A stretch of DNA of 64,000 bases from Lama glama (lineage: Eukaryota): assembly GCA_028534125.1 (NCBI GenBank), contig CM052817.1, positions 18,044,001-18,108,000 of the forward strand, written 5' to 3'. Below, piece by piece: positions 51,735-64,000 of this stretch (position 1 is the first letter of the stretch; every line of letters starts with the position of its first letter). The translations under genes and the position numbers were made by a program. Below the pieces are notes generated by a model, which worked only from the letters and a program-made list of their open reading frames with translations, did not search any database and was not told the origin of the DNA.

Positions 51735-53370
51735 TAATGCAAAGTCTCCCCTGTTAAACATTTTCAAAAATAGAGTCCAATCATTGGGCATCCAATCATA
51801 AAAATAATTGGTTCAATCAAGAGTCATCAGTGGACACTAAAACAAGTGAGAGATTTTAATGAGAAACAAGATATTTCCGTAATCTCTAAATATCTCCCCA
51901 CAACATTCTTATTAATTGCAAAGGGGAAATAGTCATCTTTATGGGGGAGAAACCTGGCAAAACCCCCCTCAATCAAGTGGTCAAAGTTAAGACAACTGGT
52001 CACAGGATAAATCAACACCATGTGCCTCACTTCTGTGGGATTCCTGCCGAAAGTAAATAATCCGAGTTCAATCATGTGAAAACATCAAAGAAACCCTTAC
52101 CGAGGAGCATTCTGCATAATATTTGGACTATATTCACTAACAGCAGTGCCATGAAGGACAAATACTGAGGAATTGAACTGGTCCAGATTGAAGAATTGAA
52201 AAGAAGTGTGACAAGTGAAGGCAACATATGACCCAGGATTTTCTTTTTATAAAGGGCACTATTGGGAAGATAGACAAATCTGAAAAGGGTCTGCAGATTG
52301 AATAGTGTTTCGTGTCAAAGTTAGTTCCAGATTTTGATAATTATACAGTGATTATGCCCTTGATTTTAGTACATACACACTGAGGTATTTACAGGTAAAT
52401 GGGCATCATGGCTGCAACTAGGGTGACCAGTTGTCCCTGTTTGCCTGGGACTAAAAGAACTCCCAGATGTGAGACTTTTGTATTTCCATGGCACTATAGT
52501 CATTATTTCCTTTCATTTAAGAAACAATAATAAATCCTTTCAGCAGGTGACAATTCCAGGTGAGCAATAAGCTCTGAAGCCAAAGCATCCTGAAAGGATA
52601 CCATCCAATAAAACACACAATCAATTCTGGTAAATGCTTGATCTTAAACTTACTCATTATGATGTTCTAGGTGTATGAGATTTGTGAAAATTACATGACT
52701 TACTGTAACTTCTATAAGGTGAACTTTAAAAAAAAATGGATTTCTAGGAGGAGAAGAAAACACTGGAATGATGTTTTGCTCTGCTAAGGCTCAGATTGAG
52801 TCCTCTGAATCCCAGACACCCAGCGGCTGAGAGTAACCCCTGAGGTTGTGTGACTGGCCAGGTTTAGGGGGAAATGAGATCCCTCTCCTGTACTCTAAAG
52901 GTCTAATCAGCTAAGCCCTGAGGGATGAGACAGAAGATGAAGAGGAAGCAGAACTCTCCGAGGCAGTGGAGGAGACTGAACAACATGAATTCTGCTTCCC
53001 CACCTCCTTCAGACATCCACTCGGTCCCTTGGGTTACAGCAATTAAAGTGGTTCAGAACTATTTTAGTCCGGGATGGGCATGGACCATCAGTTACCAGAT
53101 CTCAGAATTTTAATATTAAAATCAGCAAAGTCCCAGGCAAACTGGGAGGAGTTGGTCACCCCAGTGGCAATAGACACTCAGAACATTCAGAACAAAAATG
53201 TGTGTGGGGGGGGCACAGGGCGGTGTCTGGGTGTGTCTACGCGTATGTGTCTGTGTGACTGTAGAACAAAACGTGGTAAATGTTGACAGTTGGGGCATAT
53301 GAGTGAAGAATCCTTGCACCAATCTTGCAACTTTTCCATGGCTCAAATTGTAGCAAATTAAAATGTTGAA
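51735..53370 (+). mobile_element. L1MC/MD-like 3' end hosting a nested MER81
   Basis: 'aatctctaaatatctccccacaa..ttcttattaattgcaaagggg'. It resumes after 53163 and runs to 'cttgcaacttttc...aaattaaaatgtt'. Confidence 0.75.
52419..53163. mobile_element. MER81-like hAT-Blackjack MITE, split by a ~615-bp insert
   Basis: Left half tagggtgacca.ttgtccc.gtttgcctgggact and right half aaagtcccaggcaaactggga.gagttggtcaccc form the inverted termini. Confidence 0.8.
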
Positions 53371-54023
53371 AGGAAACTTCAGTCCAGTTTAAGAAATGTC
53401 CTTCTAGGTAGAATCAAACGTGTTCTTTGTGCCGTGGCAGTGAGTACGGCGGCCCAAAGTTGAAGCCGAAGTGATCTGAGTCTCTGGGTTGTGGGGCGTT
53501 ACTCAAATGTGGGGAAGGGAAGCCCTGCAGGACCCCAGCTGGAACACTGGAAGCCTGTCCTAGATACCAGGTTTTCAGACCCAGGAGTTAGAAGCAAGTC
53601 AGAAAGCAACTGAATGTCAGTTACTATTTCATCACTGATCCTCTGCCAGGCACAATGTTACGGGCGCTCTTTCAGCTCTTAGAACAACCGTGGGGGAGAC
53701 TGAGAATAAGGGGAAAAAGAGAGTCATAAAAGAGTTAAACACTTGATTAACGGAACACAGCTACAAGTGGCCAAGGAGGGATCCAAAACCAGCTCCAAAT
53801 AATGGGAAGACAACACAAATGCCTAACAGTGGGGGAGGGGGCAGTTAAACACTGTATGTCCATCCCTACTGGGGAACAGGATGTAGCTGTTTAAAAATAC
53901 GAATGATTGCTGCATCTTCTGATATATGGACAGGTCATCAGTGATGTGTTGTGGAGTCAAATTAGCCCAGCTACATTCAGTCTGTGTTATATGAACCCCT
54001 TTGTGCATGTAGGTATATGTTTA

Positions 54024-54059
<36 letters not shown>

Positions 54060-55019
54060 CTATAGTCATACACACACATTTTGTGTTAATAGAAAGTTCA
54101 AGGGCTGTAGGCCTCTCAAACTTACAGTCCATAAGAATCACCTGGTGAGCTTGTTAAACTGTACATTCATACCACGCTCTGCTCCTGATTAAGAAGTAGC
54201 CTAGGCGGGGGACCCCGCCAGTCTGCATTTACAACAAGCACCTGTGATCTGGAAGGCCGTCAATCAAGCTGTCTCCATTGGTTTCACCTAAAGACTAAGA
54301 ATTTTCACTTTTAGACTTTAAAAATAAATTGTATTGTGTGAATATTTTTAAATAGGCATGGACCACTTTGATAATTTTAAAATTTATTTTTCAGCCCTGC
54401 CCCAATATTGGTCCACTTACCATACCCCAGCCTGCCTGACAGCTCCTGGACTGAAGACCAGTACGTTACTGGCAGCTGTGACCCAGGCCCCAGGGGAGCA
54501 GAGCGCTGTAAGGCCGTTCCTGAGGCCAAGCTCAAGGTTAGCCCAGGGGTTAGCACATATGTAGGAAACTCATCTGAGCTTCTGGAAACAGCAACTGTGG
54601 CATCTCCAAAGGAATGTATGTCTGGGAGGCCAAGGCTCAACAAAGGCAGGTTGTGACCTCCCAGAGCAGTTGCTGGAAGCAAAGACAAAAGAAATCCCCA
54701 GCGCCTAGCTGGTTCCTTGAAGAAAAGAGTAATTGAACTTTTTTCTTTAGTGTTTGTGAGCAACTTGTGCTAAACTGGGCCGTCTATTTCCATTCCCAGG
54801 ATTATGACCTGTGGAGGTTCTGGGAGCCAGAGATGGTGCCTGGAGATCCAGGCAGCTGGGATGAAATCTCAGTCCCTGGGAATACCTGGAAGGGGTGCTG
54901 GGGCTTCCGGGTCTTGGAGAACCCATTTCTGCTCTGTTTTGCTTCTGTTTCCCCTGAACAGAGTGGGGAATGCTGGAGAGAGGAGCGGAGCACCCACACA
55001 GAAAAAAGGTAAAAATGTA

Positions 55020-55780
55020 AAATGTAAAAGGATCCAGTATCTTATCATTTCTCATCATTTCCGTCACTCACACACGGGTCCAGGCTGCCAGTGCGTCTCA
55101 TCTAGATGACTGTAGGCTTGGCTGTAGCAACAGCAAAACCCACGATCGCCCTGCGCCTGCTCCTGTCACTTTCAGCCTGTGCACAGCGCTGCAGCCATGG
55201 TCGTCTGGTCAGTAACACAGAAACCAGAGCGCATCACGCTGGTGCCTCCAATGGCTTCCCATCCCACTCAGAATAAAGTCTAAACTCCTCACCCGGCTCA
55301 TGAGGCCTTATCCACTCGGGTTCTCAGACCTTATCAAATACTAGTCCTCACCTTGACTACTTCTCTGTAACTGTGCTGACCTCTTGTTCTTCCTCAAACT
55401 GCCCAAACATTTCATGCCTCTGGGCATCTGTTCTTGCCCTTCCCTCATCCTGGAATGCTTTTCCTTCAGATATCTGCCTGACTTTCCTCCTCTCCAATTT
55501 CAGTACTTTGCTCAAATAACCCCTTCTCACTGAGGCCTTCTCTTACCACTGTGTCTAAAACTGTAACCTTCAACACACTTTCCGCTGTACTTTTCTTTCT
55601 CCTTAGTACTTATCACCACTTAACGTATTATACATTTACCTTATCTGGTGATGGTCTTTAGCCCCATTAGACTGAAAGCTCCATTAGTATAGGGATGTAT
55701 TTGTTTTTATGGCTGTATTCTTAGTGCCCAGAACATCTCCTGGAATATACTTGGCACATAAATGTCTGTTGACCGGTTGC
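55020..55780 (+). mobile_element. L2 3' region
   Basis: 'ctccaatggcttcccatc.cactcagaataaagtc', 'ctggaatgcttttcc' and 'ttagactgaaagctccat'. Confidence 0.8.
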
Positions 55781-57467
55781 TAACTGGACGGGAATCACTT
55801 TACTCAGATTTCTGTATGCCTTGACTCTCATGCTGCATTTGGGGTAAGGATGCGTGAGTCCTAATGTGATGCACAGAGGAGAAGTCTTCTGAACTTAAGC
55901 ATGCATGTGAATAAACACTCAGCATCTTCTGAACTGTTCGAAAGGTCTTCAAGTCCTAGCCACCCTTTCTCTTGAAGGTCCCACCTTCCATCTTAGAAAA
56001 TCTATTTAGATGCACCTACTTTCCACATTAAACATAATTTTGGTTTACATTTTTAAAAGGACTATTATAATTTTGCTTTTGAAGTCATTTGGCAGCAAGT
56101 GCGGCAGTTCATTTACAATCGGCTCTGATTTAGCAGTCATGCACGCTTGGGAGTTCTTTTGAAGTGAAATCAAATCTAACCTTAAAATGATCTTCAAACG
56201 TAATGAAATTTTTCTGAATAATCAACTCAACCGTTAATGAAATTGGGATAATGCTGTGCTTTGTGGGCATTTATGGAAGCACTTGGTAATTCAGGTTTTG
56301 CGGTGCTCCGTGTATGTGTGAGAGCTGATAATTGTTTTCTTTGGGGGCTCAGCCATGTTGATGGGCCCCTGGAATCTCATCACACCCAGGTCTTGGACCT
56401 AGAAAATCCAAAGGATAAAACAGTAGTGGCAAAAGTCAGAGATTAGAAAAAGGAAGTGTCCATTGCTGCCTGATAACGTAGGTCCTTGACTAGTGGTAGA
56501 TGTTCCATGAGCGTGGCGGGGAGCCAGGGACCGTGGCGGGGCTCGCCGGGCTCGTGCTGGAAGTCTCTGTCCCAGTTTGCTGTCATGCACAAGCCAGACG
56601 GGTGCCCATTCTTTATGTGTGGCAGACCTCTGGTGGCCAGGCAGACCACTTCCCTCTGTGACCCTCCCTTCCCAACTTCCATCGTCTTCTGGGCCCCGAT
56701 GAAGGAAATGTTTTCACTGACATTTTATGACACTTTTGCAGAATTCCGTTGACTCATACGAGACAAGATGGGGGAGTTTTCTGCAGCAGTTGCCACGTAG
56801 GAAAACAGAAAAGTGAGTCACCTCGTATGCCAAGCCCGGCTGTTGTCTGTGCAGAGCATTTTTCATCACGTCACCTTCAAAGCTGTCCCTCATTTGCAAT
56901 GACATTAGCCTTGGTGAATTTGTTTTCCCCTCTTAAGCTGTCAGTTGCCAAGGTTTTCTTGTTGCTCTTGCAGGCAGAGCACATTTATTTATCACAGAAG
57001 AGCCTGGCTCTGAAAGGATTCATGCACACTTCCTTCTGGAGAGGGAAAGAAAACATCTCATTCCCAGCCCGTGCCATCCACTGCAAACCTTTCCAAACCA
57101 AAAGCTAGTGAGTGTCTACGAGTGGACAGATGTCATCCAAAGCAGGCATGGATCATTTTGTTTGTTTTTCTGGCTAACCCTGCACGACTTTGAACCCACT
57201 CTGTAAATAAAAGAGACAGGAGAACAAAACTCCATATACTTCCTGCTTTCCTCCCAGCTTGCTGACATTTCAAAGCCCCATATGTTTCCCTAAACAAAGT
57301 TTCATGAAAATAGGTATTACAAAATAATACAATGGTTTTTAGGTTATTACAAGCCAAGAGGAGCGAGGCTGCCTGCCTGTGGCTGTGCGGGGCAGTTTAC
57401 AGGATGCTGTGATTATCTCTACCTCTCTGCATAACAGCAGGCATATTTGAAAGGTTTAAAATAGAGA

Positions 57468-57629
57468 TATGGATGGGGAGGGTATAGCTCAGTGGTAGAG
57501 TGTGTGCTTAGCATGCACAAGGTCATGGGTTCAATCCCCAGTACCTCCATTAAAAAACAAATAAATAAACCTAATTACCTCTCTTCCCCCCAACCAAAAC
57601 AAGTAAAAAAAATAATAACTTAGTGACTT
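57468..57629 (+). mobile_element. Vic-1-like SINE, near-consensus copy
   Basis: Intact A box (tagctcagtgg) and B box (ggttcaatcc). TSD-like aaaat(a/g)gaga on both sides. Confidence 0.92.
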
Positions 57630-57793
57630 AAAATGGAGACTAAGACCCATGACTTGTGTTTGCTTCTTCATTTAGTCATGTAAGTGAGCAATATCCTGCA
57701 ACTAAACTGCAAGCAAGATTTAGTTTTAATAAATATTTCCTATTCAGAAATGGATGACTAGATAGCGTTGAAACACATCGACTCCTAAGGAGG

Positions 57794-59335
57794 TGTGATG
57801 GACATTTGCTGGTCGTCTCTCCAGCATGGACTCTTTCCTTCCCTGTGTTAATTTTCCTTGGGAATACTCACCTCTTCCACTCTCACTGTTGGTCTAGACA
57901 GGAATGACCTCAGCCCCAGCTCCAGGAATGAATTATAGTTGGCTCAAGACAATCAATGCATCCCCTTCCTCAGGCCATATGGATTGGTCAGGGATGGGTT
58001 CATGGTTCAATTTGGGCCAATGATTCTACATTAAGAGAAGAGAAAGAGCTCAAGTAAACAACCTAACTTTATACCTCAGGGAACTAGAAAAAGAACAAAG
58101 TAAGCCCAGATTAGTAGGAAAGAAGAAATGACAAAGATCAGAGCAGAAAATTTAAATGAAATATGGTTTAAAGACTAAAAAGGCAATAGAAAAAAGATGA
58201 TAGAAAGGACCAATGAAACTAAGAGCTGTATTTTTGAAAAGATAAACAAATAGACAAGCCTTTAATTAGACTTACCAAGAAAAAAAAGAGGGAAGACTCA
58301 AATAAATAAAATTAGAAGTGAAAGAGGAGACATTGTAAGTCCTTTCACAGAAATGCAAAAGATCATAAGAGACTACTGTGAACAATTATGTGCGAACAAA
58401 TTGGACAACCTAGAAGAAATGGATAAATTCCTAAAAGCATATAACCTATCAAGGTTGAATCATAGAGAAACAGAAAATCTGAACAGACCAATTAATAGTA
58501 AGAAGCTTAAATCAGTGATCAAAAAACAAAACAAAACAAAACAAAAATATCCCAACAAAAAAATCTAGGACCAGATGGCTTCACTGGTGAGTTCTACCAA
58601 GAATTTAAAGAATTAATACTGATACTTCTTATACTCTTTCCATTTGGGCCAGTGAGAGAGGTGACAATCACAGGACTTGGGTGGAAAATACTGAAAGAGA
58701 TTCTCTGTCCCTGGATCACACCTGGTCTGGTGTGAGGATGTGAGGTGTGGGACAACCAGAGCAATTTGCTACCCTGGGCAATTTGTTTCTTTGTTTTTGT
58801 GGCTATAACCTCACCAGCATACTCCACTTTTCTTTTTGTAACATGAAACCCTATTGTCTCTTAGGGAACCATATTTCCCTAACTCTCACTCCTTTCCGTT
58901 CTAGCTAATCCTGCCTCCTGGCTCCAGCAGAGACATGTGACTCATTCATAACCAGTCGTGGCATTCCACTTACAGGGGTATTTGATTGGATCAGGGATGG
59001 GTACACCATTCCAAGATGGCCAATAAAAATTAGATCCAGGACTTTTATTTGAAGCTTTATTAAAAAGGCAATTGATGGATTTGCTGAGGGAGGAGGATAT
59101 AAACATCTGTGGACATGTGTGCCACCACATGGAGAGAACAATTCTGAAAATGAAGCAACAGAAAGAAAAGAAAGACAAGAGATAAAGAGATGGTGAGAGA
59201 AGGATCAAATCCTCACGTCATTGTCTGAAGCTTGATCCAACCATGCCTGAGGCATGTTCAGCAATAACTCCCTTTTTCTTAAGACAGTTTGAGCTGGATT
59301 TTCTGTCACCTAAAGTTTAGAATCTTGATTGACAC
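57794..59335 (+). mobile_element. Old MLT1(K/L)-like LTR pieces, interrupted by an L1 ORF2 fragment
   Basis: 'gattggtcagggatggg' occurs twice, and the end is 'ttttctgtcacc...aatcttgattgacaca'. Confidence 0.6.
58024..58641 (+). mobile_element. Internal L1 ORF2 fragment lacking 3' UTR and polyA
   Basis: ORF 58353-58568 IIRDYCEQLCANKLDNLEEMDKFL is L1 ORF2p, with GPDGFTGEFYQ downstream. It is flanked by a 14-bp direct repeat. Confidence 0.9.
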
Positions 59336-60168
59336 AGATCTGAAATTATTACACTAAAATAAATATTTTTATTTATTATAATATTGTTATTTTCCCCAAT
59401 ACAAAAGTAATACATGATTAATGCAGAAAATCTGGAAAACACAAAGAAAATAAAGCAAAATCCACTTTTAGTTCAACTCTGATATTGCAGCTGCTAACCT
59501 TTTAGGGTCTGTTCTTTGAGTCTTTTCATATGCTCATTTATAGGTCCCTGCAACACGACTTCCAAATTATTGCAGGTACACTATAATTTATTTAATTCCT
59601 CCTTTTTAACAACTGAAGTCATTTTCTTCCTTCCTTCCTTTCTGTCTCGTTCTTTCTTTCTCTCTCTCTCTCTCTCTTTTTGCTTTCTTTCTTCTTTTTC
59701 CTGTTATTTGCTATTCTGTGTTGGTAAATCTTTGCATATATCCATGTCCATTTCCTTAGAAAAAATGCATTTTCCTCAATTTTTTATTATAAATAATGTT
59801 TAAATAAATGTTTATGCATTCTTTTGTATAGAATTAACTCCAAGAAGTGGAATGGCTGTGTCGAGGGCATGCTTGCTGAAGGCTTTTGGAATACACTGCC
59901 TAATTGCCCTGTGGAAGGTTGTTTGACTCTGCACCTCTGCTGGTCCTCCCCACGACAACACACACTGCGTGTTGCTGTTACCTCATTACCACCAAGAAGA
60001 ACATTTTCTTCATGTTGGTTTGCTATTTGTATTGTTTTCTTGACTTACCACTTCATAACCAAAAATTTGGAATTCTTTTACTTTTCTTTCAGGAGTAATT
60101 GGAAAGATAAGGTAATAACTCATTATTCAGTTATTTTAGTTATTTTTCCAATGACATCTTCTGTAGGT

Positions 60169-60170
60169 GA

Positions 60171-60226
<56 letters not shown>

Positions 60227-60238
60227 AAAAGAAAGAAA

Positions 60239-60286
<48 letters not shown>

Positions 60287-60316
60287 AAAAAGGAGAAAGA
60301 GAGAAAGAAAGGAAAA
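60169..60316 (+). repeat. (GAAA)n compound tetranucleotide microsatellite
   Basis: Directly visible tandem repeat of ~148 bp. Confidence 0.97.
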
Positions 60317-60429
60317 GCGGACGCATTTTGGTTGGAAACACCCATGGCCCATGGCTTCCAATTTTTGCCGATAATTTTCTCTATCACTGACCTGCCATGA
60401 GTTAAGTACAATGACTTGAGAAGTGCTAT

Positions 60430-60900
60430 TGTCTGGTCACACTAGTTAAATAAAAGGGATTTGGAGCTAGATATTCTGGGTTCAAATCCCAGCCCTATCA
60501 CTTAGCTATTGTGTGACATTGGAAACATTGCTCAGAATCTTTGTGCCTCATTTTCCTTATCTATAAAATCAGGATAATAGTACCTACTGAAGTAAGATTT
60601 TTACATCATTATGGTAAGATGAGCAAGGCACTCATAATAGAGCTCCTGGTACAAGATAAGCCCTCAATAAACATTAATTATCAGTAGTAAAACATAATAA
60701 TAGCTAAACCATATTGAATGTTTACCGTGATACAAATGATAGAAACAACCCATTTGATCTTCACCAACTCTCTGAATCACCTTATTTTGTTATGTTCATT
60801 TTATAAATGAACTAAGGTGCAGAGGGGTTAACTAACTTAGCGTAAATCTCCTTGTTAATGTGTGGAACTGGGACTAAAGCTCACCTATATTGCCTCTGGA
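60430..60900. mobile_element. Tail-to-tail MIR pair (+ then -)
   Basis: 'tgggttcaaatcccagc...gcctcattttccttatctataaaat', then the reverse core 'cattttataaatgaactaaggtgcagagg'. Confidence 0.7.
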
Positions 60901-62789
60901 AGAACATAGAGGACAGACTGTTCACATTTAAACAATTTTTTATTCGAAGGCTATACTTTTGTTATAAAAGTTTAATTTAATTCCCACTACAGGAAGAACT
61001 TCACGTTCTGTCTGCCTATCACTTAAATCTGGTATTAGAGCACCTTTGCCTGGAAACCTAACTACCATATTTAATAATGTCCTATATCATGAAAGGTGGG
61101 GTATCTTTAATAATTTAAAGTTGATATACATATCAGTGCCCTAACTGTCTGGTTATAATAAGTGAACATTATTTTAAAAAAATATATATGAATGGCATTC
61201 CTACTAACCACGGTTTAAATTCTTAACAAAGAGACTATCCTTATTAAGATAGTAGGGTTGTTACAATCATAGACATTTGTGACTCTTCAATTCACCTTTG
61301 AGAGTCATTGCTACAGTCAACATCCACATATATTTTGTTAGATTGGATTCAGCTGGATATTCAACCACCCTAACAGCAAAGTCCAGTAAAGCTTGGCATA
61401 ATGACATTTCAAGGTTTGTAACCCTGTTGGTAGGCAGAAAAGACGGCGCTGCTTTAACTTTAACAAAGACTAAGGCTGCGGTGTTGGGTAGATGTTTATA
61501 TTGGTTCTGGGTGTGGGTGGTGACGTAGATTGAAAGGACAGAGCAGAGAAAGTGGAGAGTGAAGTGTTACTAGCAATAAAAGATAAACCCTTCTAGAGAA
61601 ATAATAATCATTTTGAAATAGGAATGAACCTCCCAGCCAGGGCAGTTCAACCCCCTGCTGAGAGGTGGGGTCAGGCAATTCTCTCCCCTCAAACAGTTAC
61701 ATAACATATTTTTTCCCTTAGGAGGTTTCACAACCCCTTTTATGAACTGTTAATGTGCTTATTCAATCGTATCATGGGGAAAGGTAACTAATTTTTAACT
61801 TTAACCAGGATGGCTTGACCTTCCCATGATAACTCTGGTGAACAGACACAGAATGCAGTTCCGTAACCTTTCTTTCACTCTGCATCACAAATTTCATCAC
61901 AATAAATGATAAACACCAAAATGGAAAACGCTTCGTTTGCACATTCACTTGATTAAAATACTCAGCTTTAAATGTATTACTATTCAAATAATCTCTCATC
62001 TTAGTCACCAAATTCATCGTTTGGGTCAAAAACATTAGGCTGATACCCACCTACCCCGCCAGAAATCCAAGCAAATGTTTTTGAGGGTGGAACCATTTCA
62101 CTCGGTTTCGAGATGGACAGAGGCCATCCAGCAAACCCGTATCTAAAGATTCTTAAAACAAAGAACTTCGAAACGTTTCCTCCAAGATCTAGTTTGGCAG
62201 ATGCTTTGATGCCTGTGAGCTGAAAGAGTAGGATGGAAACTGCCCAGCACTGCGAGTCAGAATTCTTCAGCTGTGGCTCTAAGTATGTGGTCCCAAGAGA
62301 ATTATCAAGTACTCTAAGCCTCAGTTTCCTCTTCCATAAAGTGGGCTTGGCAAGGGATCCACAGGCTATGTGTGTGAACACAAGGGATGCCCATTATGAT
62401 TCCTTCTGGGTAGACTTAATTTACATCACCTGGGGAAATTAATTTCAGCCTCCAAGGCTGTACGTAGCTTCAGATGCTTTAAATGGAAGGAGCCCGACCT
62501 GTGAACCCTAACTTGGTTTTAAATAGACTCTTTCTGGCAGCTTTTTCAGAAATTCATTATGCAGCAGAGATAAAAAGAAAACACTGAAACATCTTTGGCT
62601 GTTCCATATAATCTTGGAGCTGTTGATTTTGTGCTGAAAGATTATCTAATGGAAACCATTTGTCATTCCAAATCATCTCTAGATTAGCCTTTGCTTGGAT
62701 GGTAAAATACTTGATGAAATGACATTTAAAACATGTCTTCCCCTCTCACATAATACATTGCTTCCCGAATTCGTGCATGCCCCAGTATA

Positions 62790-63075
62790 ATGTACTACGG
62801 TAAAAGAATTAAGAGTGTGAACTCTGGAACTCCATCTTCAAATCCTGCTTTTGCCACTTATTAGCTGTGTGGCCTTGGACAAGTTACTTAACCTCTCTGC
62901 GCTTCAGTTTCCTCATTGGTAAATAGGGATAATAAAAAGTACCTACCTTATAGGATTGTAGGGAGAATTTGCTAAATTAACAAATATTAGAGACTTAGAC
63001 AAGTATATGTGCTGTGTTTAGCATTAGACTTTCAAACAGTGGTTGGCAATTAGTACACGCTGAGCAAATATTAGC
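62790..63075 (+). mobile_element. MIR SINE
   Basis: 'gctgtgtggccttggacaagttacttaacctctctg.gcttcagtttcctcat'. Confidence 0.85.
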
Positions 63076-64000
63076 GTTTACATTACTGCTTTAAATGAGA
63101 GAGGCTGTGATGCAGGAGAGTGGGAAGAACTCAGGAAGGAAGATTGGGATAAATCCATTTATTTTATACCCCTTAGTCATTGTATCTACAACCTTTAGCA
63201 AACCAATCATCTTTCCTGAGAGCTACGTTTGCCTGGGCATCCATCCACAGATGCCCAGAACTCAAGACTGGAAGGAAATATAAAGCTCAAATAACAGTTA
63301 ATTAGAAGGAGCTCACTTTGAAAAATATATTTGCTTTTTAACGGAGCTTTAAATGAGCTCATGGGATGTTTGTTATAAAATACTTGCCTGTACCAAATGC
63401 CTTAATGGGAAAAGCCTTATTGCAATTCAGTTGTTTAAATAATATACAGAGCCGGGTCCCTCCTGGGACTCTGTTCCCTTTGTGGGAGTCAAAGATTCTT
63501 TGAATGTCCCTAGGTATTCCAAAGCAATCACAAAATCACATTTCAGAGGTAGAAGGGAATTTAGAAGTCATCTCCTCCTAACCTCTCTTTTTATAGCTGA
63601 AGAAACAAAGGCAACAGGGTTAAAGGATTTGCCTCAGGCAACTCAGCATTCTAGAAGCTCAAGTCAACCCCCACTTTCTTTAACTCTTAGTCCAGCCCCT
63701 TTCTAGTAACCTTTCTGCAATCTTACAGAGGGAGGGAGGGGGAGGGAAAGACCAAGGGGCAGAGGGGAAAGGACGCTGCTACTGGCAGGTGGGAAATGCC
63801 CCAATTTTTTCCCTCTCATGTAGGAAAAAAAAAGGATAAACTGACCACATGCCTGTAGAAACAACTACGATTTAGGAGAGAAAGTGTCAAGGCTAAGGAA
63901 TGAATCACCAAGCACCCAAGGTGAAAGTCTATTAGCAGCAGGTATGCTTCTTAATTATTTATTTTCACTTCATCGGGGCTAAAGCCTGTTGCTATGTTGG

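Noticed and set aside
57475..57550. tRNA-like sequence
   Set aside because: It is a SINE head: degenerate, followed by a family-specific tail and TSD, and repeated five times in the window.
59824..60411. KERK- and FLSF-repeat ORFs
   Set aside because: Translations of the (GAAA)n microsatellite.
60430..60900. Inverted MIR pair as a miRNA-like hairpin
   Set aside because: The copies are too diverged for stable pairing by eye.
1..64000. Prokaryotic-type systems (CRISPR arrays, operons, defence loci)
   Set aside because: The sequence is mammalian intronic and intergenic DNA, with no repeat-spacer array or dense ORF block.

Overview
Mammalian genomic DNA, almost certainly camelid: five tRNA-derived Vic-1-type SINEs are present, and no Alu, B1 or Bov-tA elements were seen. 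The only supportable protein-coding content is the last three coding exons and 3' UTR of TBC1D19 on the + strand (2546-2661, 7268-7338, 8360-8434). The remaining ~54 kb is intergenic; by human synteny it is the TBC1D19-STIM2 interval, and STIM2 itself is not in the window. It is dominated by L1, L2, CR1/L3, MIR, MaLR/ERVL LTRs and hAT MITEs, with a 500-N gap at 32225-32724. I found no convincing new gene system. The most interesting signals are retrotransposition events readable from target-site duplications (TSDs): a ~615-bp non-TE sequence inserted into a MER81, an L1 3' transduction splitting a MER5, a tail-less internally primed L1 fragment and a probable L1-associated deletion. There is also an orphan CpG island, several motif-rich candidate enhancers and CTCF sites, an in-frame L3-derived cryptic exon in TBC1D19, and weak minus-strand exon candidates near 61-62 kb. 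Repeat subfamily names come from recalled consensus sequences and are approximate, as are repeat boundaries unless a TSD is given.
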